Source of the DNA: Catajapyx aquilonaris | Lineage: Eukaryota | Direction of reading: 5' to 3' | DNA: 64,000 nucleotides | Assembly: GCA_000934665.2 (NCBI GenBank) | Contig: JYFJ02000839.1 | Location: 1-64,000, forward strand | Shown: positions 24,701 through 36,165 of the stretch, piece by piece | Numbering within the stretch: position 1 is the first letter of the stretch | Layout: every line of letters begins with the position of its first letter | Made by a program: the position numbers and the translations under genes | Notes under the pieces: generated by a model | Databases searched by the model: none | What the model saw: only the letters and a program-made list of their open reading frames with translations | What the model was told of the DNA's origin: nothing

Positions 24701-27034
24701 GTAAGCCAGCTGTGGTGTCATCCAGGCACTCACATCAGAGGCCAATGGATTTGGGTCTAGAGGGCATGGACTAGGTGGCTGCTCTGAGAGCGGCGTAAAG
24801 CAGGTAGATGGCATGTGGGAACCTGCAAATAATATCATCTTTCAAAGAGTCCAAAAAGAATATGGCCTGAAACTAACCATTAGTTAAGCTCCCTAATGAC
24901 TTGCAACTATTGGGGCTCTGCTTCATGGTTCGCCTCTTCTCCTTTCTTCTCCTCTTTTCCTTCAGGTTTGAAATAATCAAACCACAGGCAATATCTGATG
25001 GCACGAGATCAGTATCGTGGAATATGGATGCCACTACACCTACAAAAGAGATCACCTTAGTTACAGAAAGTCAAAAGAGCTCAAATGGCAATGGAACCAA
25101 TTTACTTGCGATGTACTGGAAAGCTTCGCCAGTGTTTTCATCTCGGCCTGCACCAGCACAGCAACATAATAGTCGGCATCGCCATTCCCATAGCTTGTGT
25201 AGCGGGTGGGACTGCTCTGATGAGGTGAAAAAGTCTGGGGCCTCCTCGTCATGAGAGGCAAAAAAGTGGCGGGAACCAATTGGGTCAAATGCAACAATCA
25301 AGAAGATAGCCAGGAACAAGAAGAGCAACCAATTGCAAATGATGAGGGCTGCAATGATCAAATGCAACAATCAAGAAGATAGCCAGGAATAAGAAGAGCA
25401 ACCAGTTTCAAATGATGGGGGCTGCAATGATCAAATGAGTATTGCCAGAGTAATATTAAAATTTATGGCTTGGGAAAGCAAGTCTCCAGTCAACAAGTTG
25501 CCCACATCTAGGCATAGGCAACTTCCACTCTTATGCTATGCTGCTTAAAATCCATGTTAAAAATTGCCTGATCTTACCTGTCACCACTGCAACTGTGACT
25601 GGCTCCTCTTGGCACTTAACAGCACCACTGAAAGCCCATATTGATCCCAACGCATTCCACACCACCTCAGGTATCACTAGAAACACTCTAGAGTCAAATG
25701 AACATGTGTTAATGAAGGGATAAAACTCTACCAATGCCAAAAGTTACCTGAAATAGAGGCACTTGGCAACGTGCTTTCGTGCTTCTTGGTCAGCTATGCT
25801 TCCTTTCATACTGTGATATGTTAGAAGACCAGTAGCAATGAGGATGAGCACAATGATGAGCAACACTCCTATCAGGTACACTCGGAGAAGATGACCTCCT
25901 GGACAGTTGAAGTGCGAATCTTGCCGCCAATAAGCTATCAGTACAGCCACTAACCTGCAACACATGACAATAATTAAACACTGAATACTTAATATTTTCT
26001 TTAGTGTCCAAATAACCAGTGAAGATATGTTAGCTTCAAGTCTTTCCTGCATTGGAAGTCAGTAATAATTTGTGCGTTGTGCTCATTTAAATATAAAATA
26101 TAATAGATGATTTCCATTGGAGCAGTGCAGCATAATGTATCATGCATCCATATAACACAGGTAGGCCCCACTTCACAATGGGGTTAGGTTCCAGCAAAAC
26201 ATGGACCTAAAATGAAGCTTACTTGTATATTCCATAGACTCTGCCACAATGCCCGACATAAAAAAAACAAACATAAAAAACAATGTGTTTGGACTGAGAG
26301 TAGTTGCACCGATGTGATGCTTGATTTTTTAAATATCACATATTACACAAGATTTTAATTTTTTTCAGATAATTTTGAAAAGGTTGATAATGTGAAACAT
26401 CTTAAAATAGAACATCGCAAAATGGGCCCTATCTGAACAAGATTATATACACAGAATAACAAATACACTGTCCTCCCAATAATCTGGGTTCATGACTGCA
26501 CAGGTGTCGCCGGAAAACATGGATTATCAGAAAATGGTCCTAGATGCCCAAAAAATGAGTGTTCAGAGGTTTCAAATTAATTACTGTACATAGTGTAACT
26601 ATGCTGCTTTACCTAAGGTTTAATCAAAATAATAAAACTTATCATTGATTTTTAGTTTGTCTAGAAGAAAAAGTCTGCCATATTTCTTTGTTTGCAAGAC
26701 ATATTGACATTTTGCAGACTTTTATTTTCAATTTAAATTTTTGATGATAATCCGCACCCGGATAATTGGGAGTACAGTACATAATAAAAAGCAAATTCAA
26801 GATCTAATCTACCAAACAGATCTACTGAAAACAATGGGATCTCACGACCTCTGGATTCTGATGTTATCCGGAGGTCATGATGATTCTTAACACTTAACCC
26901 TTTTTATTGCAAAGCTGTTCTCAGATTTCTTTCGCTTACCATGCTAATCTAATGAGCAACTCAATGAGGCCTGGAAAAACGAAGTCATCGCTGCCAACTT
27001 GCCAACGGCGCCCAAATGCAACTAATCCAGGCAT
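12789..27034 (-). CDS. DAGLB: sn1-specific diacylglycerol lipase beta-like, 13 coding exons, ~711 aa
   Basis: Hand-spliced exons, all GT-AG and phase-consistent: 26940-27034, 25748-25954, 25578-25687, 25106-25348, 24878-25039, 24588-24822, 21886-22009, 18547-18690, 17812-17923, 17512-17759, 13213-13365, 13025-13152, 12789-12963 (2136 nt). N-terminus [22 protein letters not shown], four TM segments, [33 protein letters not shown], nucleophile [28 protein letters not shown]. No long DAGL-alpha C-terminal tail. Confidence 0.95.
13604..14190 (+). mobile_element. Transib-like non-autonomous fragment (one end only)
   Basis: Starts CACAGTG; internal GTCGCTGAGTCCGAATCTG and AAAATGGCG..CAATATGGCG motifs as in insect Transib/Chapaev derivatives; no partner end found. 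Confidence 0.45.
14198..14717. mobile_element. Fold-back element with ~130-bp arms containing a small piggyBac-like MITE (~14406-14542)
   Basis: Arms 14198-14329 and 14588-14717 are inverted copies; inner IR CCTGTAATGCCC...GGGCATTACAGGG|TTAA. Confidence 0.7.
15940..16850 (-). mobile_element. Second hAT (Charlie/Buster) relic
   Basis: Same TIR as 9410; shares an internal block with 9122-9300; peptide [30 protein letters not shown]. Confidence 0.7.
17964..18531. mobile_element. Harbinger-like MITE with long (~150-170 bp) imperfect TIRs
   Basis: AGGACATGGGGCAAATCTTATGG...CCATAAGATTTGCCCCATGTCCT, flanked by TAA/TAG. Confidence 0.75.
19134..19715. mobile_element. pogo-like MITE
   Basis: TA|CCGTATTACCTCTCATATTGC...GCAATATGAGAGGTAATACGG|TA. 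Confidence 0.8.
19825..20104. mobile_element. hAT-Charlie MITE
   Basis: CAGTGATTCCCAA...TTGGGAAGGACGG with perfect 8-bp TSD CATTAGAG. Confidence 0.8.
20357..20907 (-). mobile_element. Tc1/mariner transposase relic
   Basis: [19 protein letters not shown]....[14 protein letters not shown] motif; CACCCTG|TA end. Confidence 0.8.
21049..21744. mobile_element. PIF/Harbinger MITE
   Basis: TAA|AGGTGCGTTCACATATACGCGA...TCGCGTGTATGTGAACGCCCCT|TAA. Confidence 0.8.
22781..24347 (-). mobile_element. Degraded Tc1 element with long IR/DR-type inverted repeats
   Basis: Broken transposase ([15 protein letters not shown]-like start; [10 protein letters not shown]) between inverted arms ~22897-23037 and ~24208-24347; direct repeat CAATGGAGTTC at 22795 and 22991. 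Confidence 0.8.
26158..26780. mobile_element. Two old pogo/Tigger-like MITEs in DAGLB coding intron 1
   Basis: Degenerate termini CAGGTAGGCCCC...GGGCCCTATCTG and CTCCCAATAATCTGG...CCGGATAATTGGGAG. Confidence 0.45.
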
Positions 27035-27658
27035 GTTTCATTGGAAGGATCCAAGTGGCTTCACTCTCTAACAAAAGAAAAATATATATTAAAATTGCTA
27101 GTTCATCAAGCAGAACAAATGATAAAATTATCTGGCACTATCACATCCTGGTATGATAACATTTTTACTGCAAATAATTCAATAGAATGGATATATTTCT
27201 GAATTTTTTTTGTCATGTTTCCATTTCAGTATCACTTTAACCAGTAGTGTCATCGCACAATAGGTAACATAATTGCATATAACGAGTCCATTTACAGCAA
27301 GAATGTCAGGCCGACAGATCCCACTGAGAGTCGAACTCAGTCCGCTGAATCTCAGATTCAGAGTGCTACCCCATACACCACAGGATCTCACGCCAGAATT
27401 ATATTCCACTATTGTACAGGACTCACAAATATACATTACCACAAGCACTATCCAAAGACACACTCAACTTTGAACCCTCCACTACATTTCTGGCCTAGTT
27501 GAGTCAGATGCCAAGTTCATCTTGCTCAACCAATGACTCAATCAGTGTGTTTACACACATGTCTTGGCCCATGTCTTCACAACATTACCCAACCTCCAAT
27601 ATAGAACCTTCATAAGAAATTGATGTAGGCTACACATGGGTAGTTGACCTTCACTCAC

Positions 27659-27960
27659 TTGCTATGCACAGCGCTCAGAGTCAGGCCTCGCCAAGCCATA
27701 TTTTTTTGACTCGTGTGGCGTCTCAAGCACCCATTTCCAAGCCCCTGACGCTGCCAATACTGTTGGGGCAATCAGCTGGAGCGTGAAAAAGGGGCAACAC
27801 AACAGTTGCCTCTATGCAAGCGCCATGTTTGATAAAGCAGGCTCCTAAAGGACGATCCACCTTCACACGTTTAGCCTTGCGGATCACAGATGGCGGAACG
27901 ATCGCGGCTTGTGTTAACATGAGTATCCGCCTGCCATCTGGCGGAGATGGGCTTTAATAA
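27659..27960 (-). promoter_or_regulatory. Probable DAGLB promoter and non-coding first exon
   Basis: Minus-strand donor AA|GTGAGT at 27659/27658 can splice to the acceptor (TTTTGTTAG) at 27067 just upstream of the ATG. YY1-like AACATGGCG at ~27821-27829 and CTCF-like CCGCCAGATGGCAG at 27931-27944. Confidence 0.45.
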
Positions 27961-30900
27961 TCATGATGTGTGATGACAGAAGTGGGAAATTTAATATTTA
28001 TTATTTGACAGTTTGGGAATTCTAGATGGCAGTAAATGATAAAAATATAGCGTTAATCGTGTGTGTTTTTAGCTATTCCTGATGTTTGGTACGTAACGTT
28101 TTGGCGGGAAGTTTAAGTCTCATTCGTTCACCTGTTTTCGTAAAGTGTGGATAGAAGTCGAACTAATCTAAAATTTAAATATTGACGGTGCCCATATTTG
28201 CAAAGTAGGGATAATGTTTTAGCAAAATACTCGAGTTGTTGTTTATGCTTAGTAAACTCACTATTTCATGAAAGACGAAAACACGCAATTACAAAACCAT
28301 ATAGCCCACACTGCTGGTAGTCAGATCTGAGTTGCCTTTTGAGTTTTGAAGCACGTGAGGATATACTAGGCTGCAGTTGCATGTTTCGCTCAGTTTTTTT
28401 GCACACTTTTTATGACGAAAATGTAACGCAAAGACGACATTTGACGTAATTTTGACGACGAGTTGCATGCAACTTTCGAATTGTTTTCTCTCTCTCTCGA
28501 CTTATGAGAATAGGGCGTAGGTGGACATATTGCTTCAGCTTTTGTTTACAAATTCCGGCACAGTATTTTACAAAGTAGTAAGAGAGTGGATCAAATAAAT
28601 AAAAAGTTTAAAAAGCAACGAACAAATTTTTTAAACTCGGTGTTTTGGATGCAGTACGAGACTTCGAGAGAGACAGTTCTGGATTAGTGTGGTAATCGGC
28701 ATAACTTCAAGCAGTATGTCGATAGGTGGCTAATCTTAATAGGTGACGTTTTTGTCGAAATATCCGACCACGTATCCGACACCTCGGTGCGGTGGAGTGA
28801 CTTGCGTAAAGATGGCGGCGCCCAACTTCGAACCAGTCCTCCATGTGTTTTAACAGACGTAATAATGATCATGAGTCGCCACTGCTCACGAATATTGTAA
28901 ATGAAAGCTATATGAGACTTCATAATGACGCCTGGTGCTTAATTTTACCGTAATTGTCATTCAAATCCGTGTGGCGTGCAGATGTCATCACCTCTGTGGT
29001 GAATCGTTTATCGGATGCACGATCAGATGCAACCTAGTTGCAGGACAACCCCAGACGCGGACTTTGAATGTTATATTGTAGGTAGGCCTATATGTGCAAC
29101 AGTTGGTCAGTTATGGTATGGCAGCGATGGCTTGACCATTTAGGTGCAAAATGGGCCCATTCCAATAGTGAGGGTTAAAAAATGAGATTAGTACTAAAGT
29201 ATCACTTGATTTTTAGTGCTATCTGTAAACTTATTTAGAAGGACAAAGGGGTAAAGGTGGTCCCTGTCGCCTCACCATCAAGTACACTAGGCTACTGAGC
29301 TAGGAAACGAAAGTAGCGCAGTTTATTTGGGCTCTAATAGTCTACTGATTTATTCCCACTTTACCTTGATTGGGGTTGGTATTTATACGTAACATTATCA
29401 ACCAAAAAGAAGCCTCCAACTACTGCTATAGAGAGAACTTCGTGGATTCAAGAAGTTATTTGAAGTTGTATTCACAGCGGGGGATTTCATCAGTGTGAAA
29501 GTGATGGTAAAACGCTATCAAAAATATTTATGCACATGTCAGGAGCAAAAATTAGAGTACGGGAAATAGATAATTAATTAGTCTATACACCTGACCCCAT
29601 TCACTTCTTCCAGTGGAAACATGTTAATTTATGACTATATAATTAGCCAAACAGTAGCTTTTTAAATATTGTCCTGTTACATATTCCAAAACCCATCATG
29701 TGAAAGCAAACGCCAGAATAGTCTCTATCTTCAGTATAGAGACTATATAATATCTACTCAGTTATAACACCCTCCAATATGCTATTTTTTCATAATGTTG
29801 GCTATAATAGTCTATATGTTCTTAATTATAATATAGCCCAGGATGTTGCAAGCTGTGCAACAATGACATGATTTTTGAAAACCTTTAACATAAGACTACC
29901 GCATACGCTAATATTATTTTGTATACAGGACCGTATACTTCTAAAAGTGCTCCCAGAAATATAGGGCACTGGGCACCGCTGGACGAAGTAATTGATCCAA
30001 GAAACCTGCAAATATTTAATCCTCCTGCAGGTTGGTGTTTATGCCAAAATTTAAAACTAAAGAAAGATCATCGAGAACCTACAGTAGATAAAAACTATGC
30101 CTCATGGATTTGCATCGATAGGAGCTTTTTTGGAATGCTCAGGTCCCAGACTCGAAGTAGTACAGTAGCACTATTTATGTTATCAAAACGTTGCCAATTA
30201 TGCACGGAGCACACTGGGGCTATTTTCATCCACAGTACACAAATGTGTGTCAGAAGTCACAGATATGTACCACTTTCTTCGAGAATGGACGATGGGTATA
30301 GTGTCGTATATCCTTGTACATGTCCTGTAATACTTCGTGATCCGCGTACTTTTGAATAGCCTATTGAAGACACTTATTCCTATACTGTACTTTTTCAGTT
30401 TCTGCATTCAAAAAAGGAATCCATTTTTTAAATTATGTCAGGCTATTTAAAAAGGCAAATATGTATTCTCGGAATTGAGCTCATAAATGCATATAGGTAA
30501 ATGCATTATTGCAATATGGCATTCAAGGCAGAGATTGAGCACAATATTACAAGTAATATGCTGGTCACATTTGTAATGGACCCCGAAGCCAAATGGGGTG
30601 ACCAAAACTGGATTTTGGTGAGAGGATGCTAATGGGTGACAACACAACCATTTCCGTGAAGGCCTGAAAGTGACCCCACTTGAGCATATTGTGGCGTCGC
30701 GTCGTGTCAGTTATTGAGAATTCTTGGCGTACAGTTTGACATGGGCTACGTGAAAGAATGCAAGACACACACGCCTGTGATGCTGGTATAGTTTCAATCT
30801 GCGAACGATTACAGTATATAGCCTACGGTGAAAACATTTGGTAAAAAGTGTGGATAAGGACTCGTATAGTGTCTCCCACTGCCACCAAAGTATAAGACTT

Positions 30901-33900
30901 ACTACTCGTACTTGCTGAAAATAAAAGTCCGGGTGCTGATTTATTGTCCTTTGTACGTATGTTCTAAAGTGCACTAAAGTTCTACAGTGCCAGTTATCAA
31001 TAATTCAATAGCAAAAGCCACGGAGAAAAATTATGTGGAGCTTCTACAGTATATAAGGGCAAGCATTTTTGGTTCTTTATCTTTACATATTTACTTTTCA
31101 ACAATTGTCACTATCATTTACATACCTTATGCCACTATAATTTCCATATAGCATGTTCCATCAAAATACTAAAATATTAACCTTATAAAATTAATTAAAG
31201 CCTATTATTCTGGCCAATTCCACCACGTGACCCTTCAGGGGATTCATCCCAAAGTAACCCCCAGAATAACGGGTTGCTTCAACAAAACTGTATGATAAGT
31301 CATAAATAAGTAACTCTAGCCATAAAACACGCCAAACATAATCGATATGTCATATTTATATGGTGTAATTAATAATATAATTGCAGCAATTGCAAGGGAA
31401 TAAATTACAGCGTTCTTTTTTATATGTAGGTCTATCTAGGGGTACCTATACGTAATTTGAACCTATTAGCCTGTGTATAATATTATTTCAGTCATGTCAC
31501 CTACAACATGCTCAGCTATCCTGAACACACATTTTGAGTACCGGTACCATACAACGTTTTACCCGACTTCGGAAGATTCATATGCTACAGCCTATTCCAC
31601 GTAAGTTGGCCCAAAACAAGTCAAAATTGTATAGGCAGTATAGAAATGTCGAGGGACCAACCGGCAAACAAAGTATAGAGGACCAGACACACTTGCCTGT
31701 CCCTAGACACACCAGACAACCCATATTGCAGTCAAAGCAGCCCATGCATTTGTAGTTGTTGCTTAGGGAGCAGAAAATGAGTGTGGTAATGGTTACTGAG
31801 ATGACGAATTCTTCAACTGGTAGCCTCATGCACAGTGACAATTATCAAGCTTATATCTGCTCCCTAAGGGATGCCTTAGTCAATCACTTGAAAATAACAA
31901 GCTACTTTTCCTGCCTTTGGGGGAAGGGAAATGTCCTCTACCTCATTACCGGTTGGTCCCTTGATATTATTATCACCCCCTGTTACATTGTACTTGTTTT
32001 CTGCAGACGATTACGTTAACTGGGGGGCGCGGGCTCTTTCAATAGTATAGGACACACCCTGTATATTGTAGTCTGTAGTAGCAATAAATTCTTTATGCTG
32101 AACAGCCTATCTTTGCCCTCCATTTGTTCCAGAATTAACTGCATTATGCTGACACTGACCTACGTGAACCTCATTTTTCTTTCACCCAAAGGTAATCCCA
32201 CGTTGGGAAATCTAAGCAATTCAATCCGAACTTTTGTCAAATGTTACGCAAACAACTAAAAAAAAATATTCCACGCTTCACAAGAAGCGTGTTTTTCCGC
32301 CGCTAATATTCTCCCAGCTTCTTAACATCCCAATTCACAGCAATGGGAATCGCATACCCACCAAGGTAAGACCGGAAAGAAGTAAGTAGCCTGGGAGCAC
32401 AGCAAGTGACCAAGAATCCGAACCTTCTAAAATATTAGCTTGGCCTTGCTCTCTTATCTGGTCGCCACGAAACTTTTACTGAATGGAACTCTCACAGCTA
32501 GTTATGTCAGGGCATGACGTAAGAAAAAAAAAGTTTAAACAGGCTTCTCTTGTGGTCATGTGGATCGTGCGAGACGAGATATGTAGGTCGGAACGGTAAC
32601 AGCTATTTTAAAAAATTCTTCTTCATTTTAACCGTTTGCTCCAGCATGTTGAAGCCAAGTGACGTTACAAATTCATCGGGTAAAAAATAACCGTGTCACT
32701 TGCTGTGTAACGCATGGCCTTCGTATAGTGAGAGAGTTTGTCATAAGATTTTTTTGATTGTTTCGAAAATTTCTGGAGGTTATTTGATGATTGTGGAATA
32801 ATGGAAGGAGGTGTTATTTGCAGCTAGGAGGCCATTGCGCAAGTTTCATTATGCAGGTAAACGTGACTCTGCACACGATAACAACTGCGTGCTTTTAATC
32901 CATTGTCCGGCCTAAGGGGCTGTGCAGTCTATCATTCTGACAATAAAACCGACACTACGATACTGTAAAACAATTAAACCTGAAACCCTGACTTCCACTA
33001 TACAGCAGTGTTCTTATCGGCAAATTTACCAAGGCGTGCAACATAATCGGTTTATATTTAGAGTGAATGTCGAACATAATTATTTTCAAGTACTAAATAA
33101 AAAAAGTTGCCCTAACCTTGAACCTCTAAGCGAGGATGTTATTTCCCTGTTCACCTTGCTTAATGTTTACCTGGGGTCATGGCTTCATCCGAAAGTGACT
33201 TTTGCTAGACAGCGGAAGGCTCGATTTTCACTGGAGCAACTGTTTGGCAATGGTGAAATTGCTAGGCTAGTTTAACCTGCTTGTTTTGCTCCGGTAAATA
33301 TCGGTCCTTACTGGTATACTGCATGTTACATTTATATTATTGAGGCTTGTACGTGTTCAGCAGCAATGTATAAGTCTATTCATGGTATGTAGGGTCTGGC
33401 CTGCACATAGGAACATTGCCAACTCTCCAACTGTATCTGAGGCTAAATGCATTAACCAATCGATTAGTTACACCTAGAAGGTATGCAGGTCGACTAGGAT
33501 GCTAAAGTGCCAGGCAAGCGTGGGATTAAAATAAACCAAAAGAGGTGCTTTTCATGCACGGATGGTTGTACCAAGTACTTGCAGTTACTTATTCAGTAAA
33601 CGCAGATTTTGAGGAAAAAAGGTGAAAGTAGACATAAGTGATGGAGCCTCGCATGAAGTTTTCAACCAAGTACAGAATAATAATATCCCAGCAATAGAAT
33701 CACCTATGCAGGACATCTGACATCTTACGGATGTAAAAGAAATGTCATCATTCCATTACGTGGTGCAATAAAAGTTGCCCAACATCAGGCTTTCCATCCG
33801 TGGAGGGTGAGGTCTATCTCACAGGATGGAGTCGCCTTTGTTATTCGGCAATGGTTGCCAAACGCGTGTCAACAGGAAAAGCCTTGCGGTTTTAATAGTG

Positions 33901-34792
33901 TGCTCTCGCTTCTTTTTTGTCCTTTCGAAACTGCACGATCGATCATCCCTTGTCGCAAATTTTTAAAAAAATGACTCAACCGTAATTAGGTCCCTTGTCA
34001 CTGTCGACGTATTTAAATGATGGGCTAGTGTATGAGTAACACGTTTTTTTATTGGCCTGGTTGGGTAAGAGGTAGCGGTGTACTATGGGAAGCGATGACT
34101 TATTTTGTAAGCCTTGCTGATAACATCGTAAAAAGACATGGGAAGTTGTGCAGTATATGCCGTATTTTATGAGATGTTCTTTTTTTCCAGAGGGAAGTCA
34201 GATGTGCAACAAGTGATCTATGGCAGGTTGTGTCACGTGATATTTCATAATGTCGTTAATGACTTGGGATTCAACATAACCTAAGCCCTGAAATAAGAAG
34301 TGTAATAATATGAATATAACCATATAACATAATATAAAAATATATATATAATATTAGTTACAGACTAACCCCGTATGGTAATTTAAAAAGTGCAATACTC
34401 TTTTCTCCAGTCCTCCATTCCCTGCTCAGTCCCCCAGGCCTACATTTTATTGGTTTTTGTGAGGAGTGAACAATAAGTTGTGCAACATACGTATATATAT
34501 ATTCAGAGTTCTATGAATTATTGCTTCCTAGATGTCTGGCCAAGGTACTGTGTAAAATCCATAAAGAATGCATTCGCTCCAGGAATTTTATAGGTATTTA
34601 AGAATATTAGGAACATCAACCAGTGAATAATATGGAATATCCTGCTGGTTAGGCTGCTGACGTTTTCTCTTGACAACATGTTGACTGACCTTTCTGCCAT
34701 TTCTCCTTTTCCACACTTCTCTCTTCCAAGGTAAATAAATGAATCGAAGTATTTTTTTTGTTGTAACTAAGCGAGTAAAATGCTGCTTCTGC

Positions 34793-35139
34793 GGGGAGAT
34801 GAAGTGGCGTCGCGGTAACGCGTGCGCCCACGGATATGAAGGTCCCGGGTTCAATCCCCACCCGGGGTTCCCACCTTTATCCGTGCAGAGTTGGGCCATC
34901 TCTGGCTTCATTTCGGGTGGCAATTTCCGACAGACTAAGCCACCCGGGGGAGTTCACAAAATGAACAATTAACGACAGCGCACATGCACTTTGCACATCC
35001 CCTCCCACCTACCCTTGGAGTACACTAATAAGATCCTTCTTAATTCACTCCAACAAATCCCGATGGTGGTAATTCCACCCCCCCCCCCCCTAAGGAGTAG
35101 ATAGCTTCCCCCGTGGGGTAATGTAAAAAAATAAAATAA
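34793..35139 (+). mobile_element. tRNA-derived SINE with family-A head and family-B-type tail
   Basis: 17-bp TSD TAAAATGCTGC(T/G)TCTGC at 34776-34792 and 35140-35156. Confidence 0.85.
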
Positions 35140-35989
35140 TAAAATGCTGCGTCTGCCACGATCTCGAAGAAAGGGTTAAGCCCAAATTGAGCATCTCTGA
35201 ATGCAAAATTCTGATACAGCGTATACCTTCGGTATTAATATAAAATTGGCTAATTGATTCCCACGAACAACATTTATTGATGGTTATAAGTACTGATATT
35301 ATACTGTATGTAGTACTATACTATACTATTGCGTGCTGCTACAGTTAAAGACTGCATCTCATACCAGGTTAATTCAAAAGAAAATTAAAGCAACAGGGGG
35401 TGTAAAGTTGGCAGCACTGTAATTTGTATGATGCGTCATTATACTTATCCACATTTAATCTTGCTATTCAGTGATTACGAACCTCATTTCTCCTATATGC
35501 AACCAGAGATATGAAGCTATTGTATTTTCTATGCTGCCACGCACCTCTGATTTTATATTCATAGAGTCTTTCATCATAGTACGTTTCAGATTTGAAAACT
35601 CATTATAAGTTATTCAGGAACACCAGGATCCTTTTCAAACTAACAGTATCAATACTCTGTCATTCCGTAAATTATATATGAACAGGTAGCCACTTTAATG
35701 GGCACGTCAATTGAAAATAAGTTCAGTTCATAAAATTGGTTCAAGGAAGCTAGGTACACTAACTTATATCACCAAATCCTGTTGGACAAGATCTGGTTGC
35801 ATCTGGCTTCATTCCAACCGCGAATTACAATCATAAAGAGTGAAAGGCTACCTTAACCTTACCTACTGCACTAGACCCAGTTCTTTCAATTCCGTTTATA
35901 TACGGCGATCAAATGACAAGTATCGTTTCACGTCAACTGACTAATTATGGATATCCATGGCTTCCATGCACTAAATCTGTGACGTTCTT

Positions 35990-36165
35990 TCCATTACTGC
36001 GATGGAAATTCTTGGAGCTAGGATGATATCTCTTCGTGTTGTAGACTATACATTGGACTTGAGGCAAAACATGGATGGCCTGAAGATTAAGAATCACGCA
36101 AAGAATCTTTTCCTCATTACTGGCTTTCTCACACCCTTTTAGAAAGACTGGTTTGTTACGCAATA
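35990..36165 (-). pseudogene. Possible Sola1-like transposase scrap
   Basis: EKASNEEKILCVILNLQAIHVLPQV resembles the DLQxxxxxP block; short and degraded. Confidence 0.25.
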
